This document shows positions 35,163 through 35,776 of a stretch of 35,776 nt of DNA, in pieces. The notes below the pieces were generated by a model. The model was not told the DNA's origin. It searched no databases and saw only the letters and a program-made list of their open reading frames with translations. The position numbers were made by a program, and so were the translations under genes. The DNA comes from Candidatus Woesearchaeota archaeon (GTDB lineage: Archaea > Nanobdellota > Nanobdellia > Woesearchaeales > GW2011-AR9), in assembly GCA_018303265.1 (NCBI GenBank), contig JAGVYN010000013.1:1-35776 (forward strand), in the 5' to 3' direction. Positions within the stretch are counted from its first letter, which is position 1; each line of letters starts with the position of its first letter.

Positions 35163-35576
35163 TTACCTTTTAATTTTTTTTATAAAAATCAGAGAAATTA
35201 TCCCTATCAAAGCTAATTGAATCAAAGGGCTTATTCCGATTCCAAAAAGAGTTGGCATTGCTGCAGTATATTCCCATCTTCCTAAGCTTAAATTTATTAT
35301 CTCTATATAAATTGCGATAATAAGACCTAAAAAAATAACCACCAAATAATCAAACTTACTTGGATTTTTTATCCAATTAAGATTTTTGTGTTTTAGTGAG
35401 ATAATTGCAAAAATACTGAAGAGGATAAACGTATCAGCAAAGGAAGCAATAATTAAATGAAAGTATTTTGGAATCCCAGATAAATCAACATATAAAAAAT
35501 GATGAGAAAATTCCCAGATGATATTTAAAATTAAGATGACAAATCCGGCAATAAAAAATCTTTTTTTAATGGCCAT
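35163..35576 (-). CDS. 4-TM membrane protein of unknown function
   Basis: Likely start MAIKKRF (35576); NIIWEFSH, D in TM2, IEII, WEYTAAMPTLFGIGISPLIQ; AT-rich. Confidence 0.65.
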   Translation of the reverse strand: MAIKKRFFIAGFVILILNIIWEFSHHFLYVDLSGIPKYFHLIIASFADTFILFSIFAIISLKHKNLNWIKNPSKFDYLVVIFLGLIIAIYIEIINLSLGRWEYTAAMPTLFGIGISPLIQLALIGIISLIFIKKIKR

Positions 35577-35776
35577 AATGGGGAGTAATCTATTTTTGTT
35601 TAAATATTTATATTTAAGCACTGGCTTCGAATGAGGGCTAGATATACCATTCATTATTGCTGATAACGAAAAATATCTACAAAAAGTGACCAATAAAACA
35701 ATTCATAACATAAATCTTTAAATATTCTCTTTTCCGTTTTTATTTATCATATAAGCTATATTATTATAAAATTAAG

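Overview
Archaeal chromosomal segment (RadA, RPA, TBP, Rpp30, SAMP/TtuA/UbaA); the gene set and pilin style suggest a DPANN (Woesearchaeota-like) genome, which is an inference. Left end: partial dcd, radA, a small putative ssDNA-binding protein with a hairpin-rich leader, a RelBE-type TA pair, a membrane hydrolase and RPA. From 4086 to 28469 there are 20 consecutive minus-strand genes. Nearly all begin with an archaeal class III (type IV pilin-like) signal or a similar N-terminal anchor. They range from a 39-aa micro-pilin absent from the ORF track to 844-, 1499- and 2107-aa Cys-rich adhesin-like proteins, and no assembly ATPase, platform protein or prepilin peptidase is in the window. Right end: a tRNA processing/thiolation cluster (rnp3, samp, ttuA, ubaA, a PP-loop-degenerate thiI), a DUF433/DUF5615 TA pair, a GC-shifted lipoprotein and tbp. 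Three genes within about 5 kb (rnp3, the PIN toxin, tbp) appear to carry internal deletions, most simply explained as assembly errors. No rRNA, tRNA, CRISPR array or transposase was recognised.
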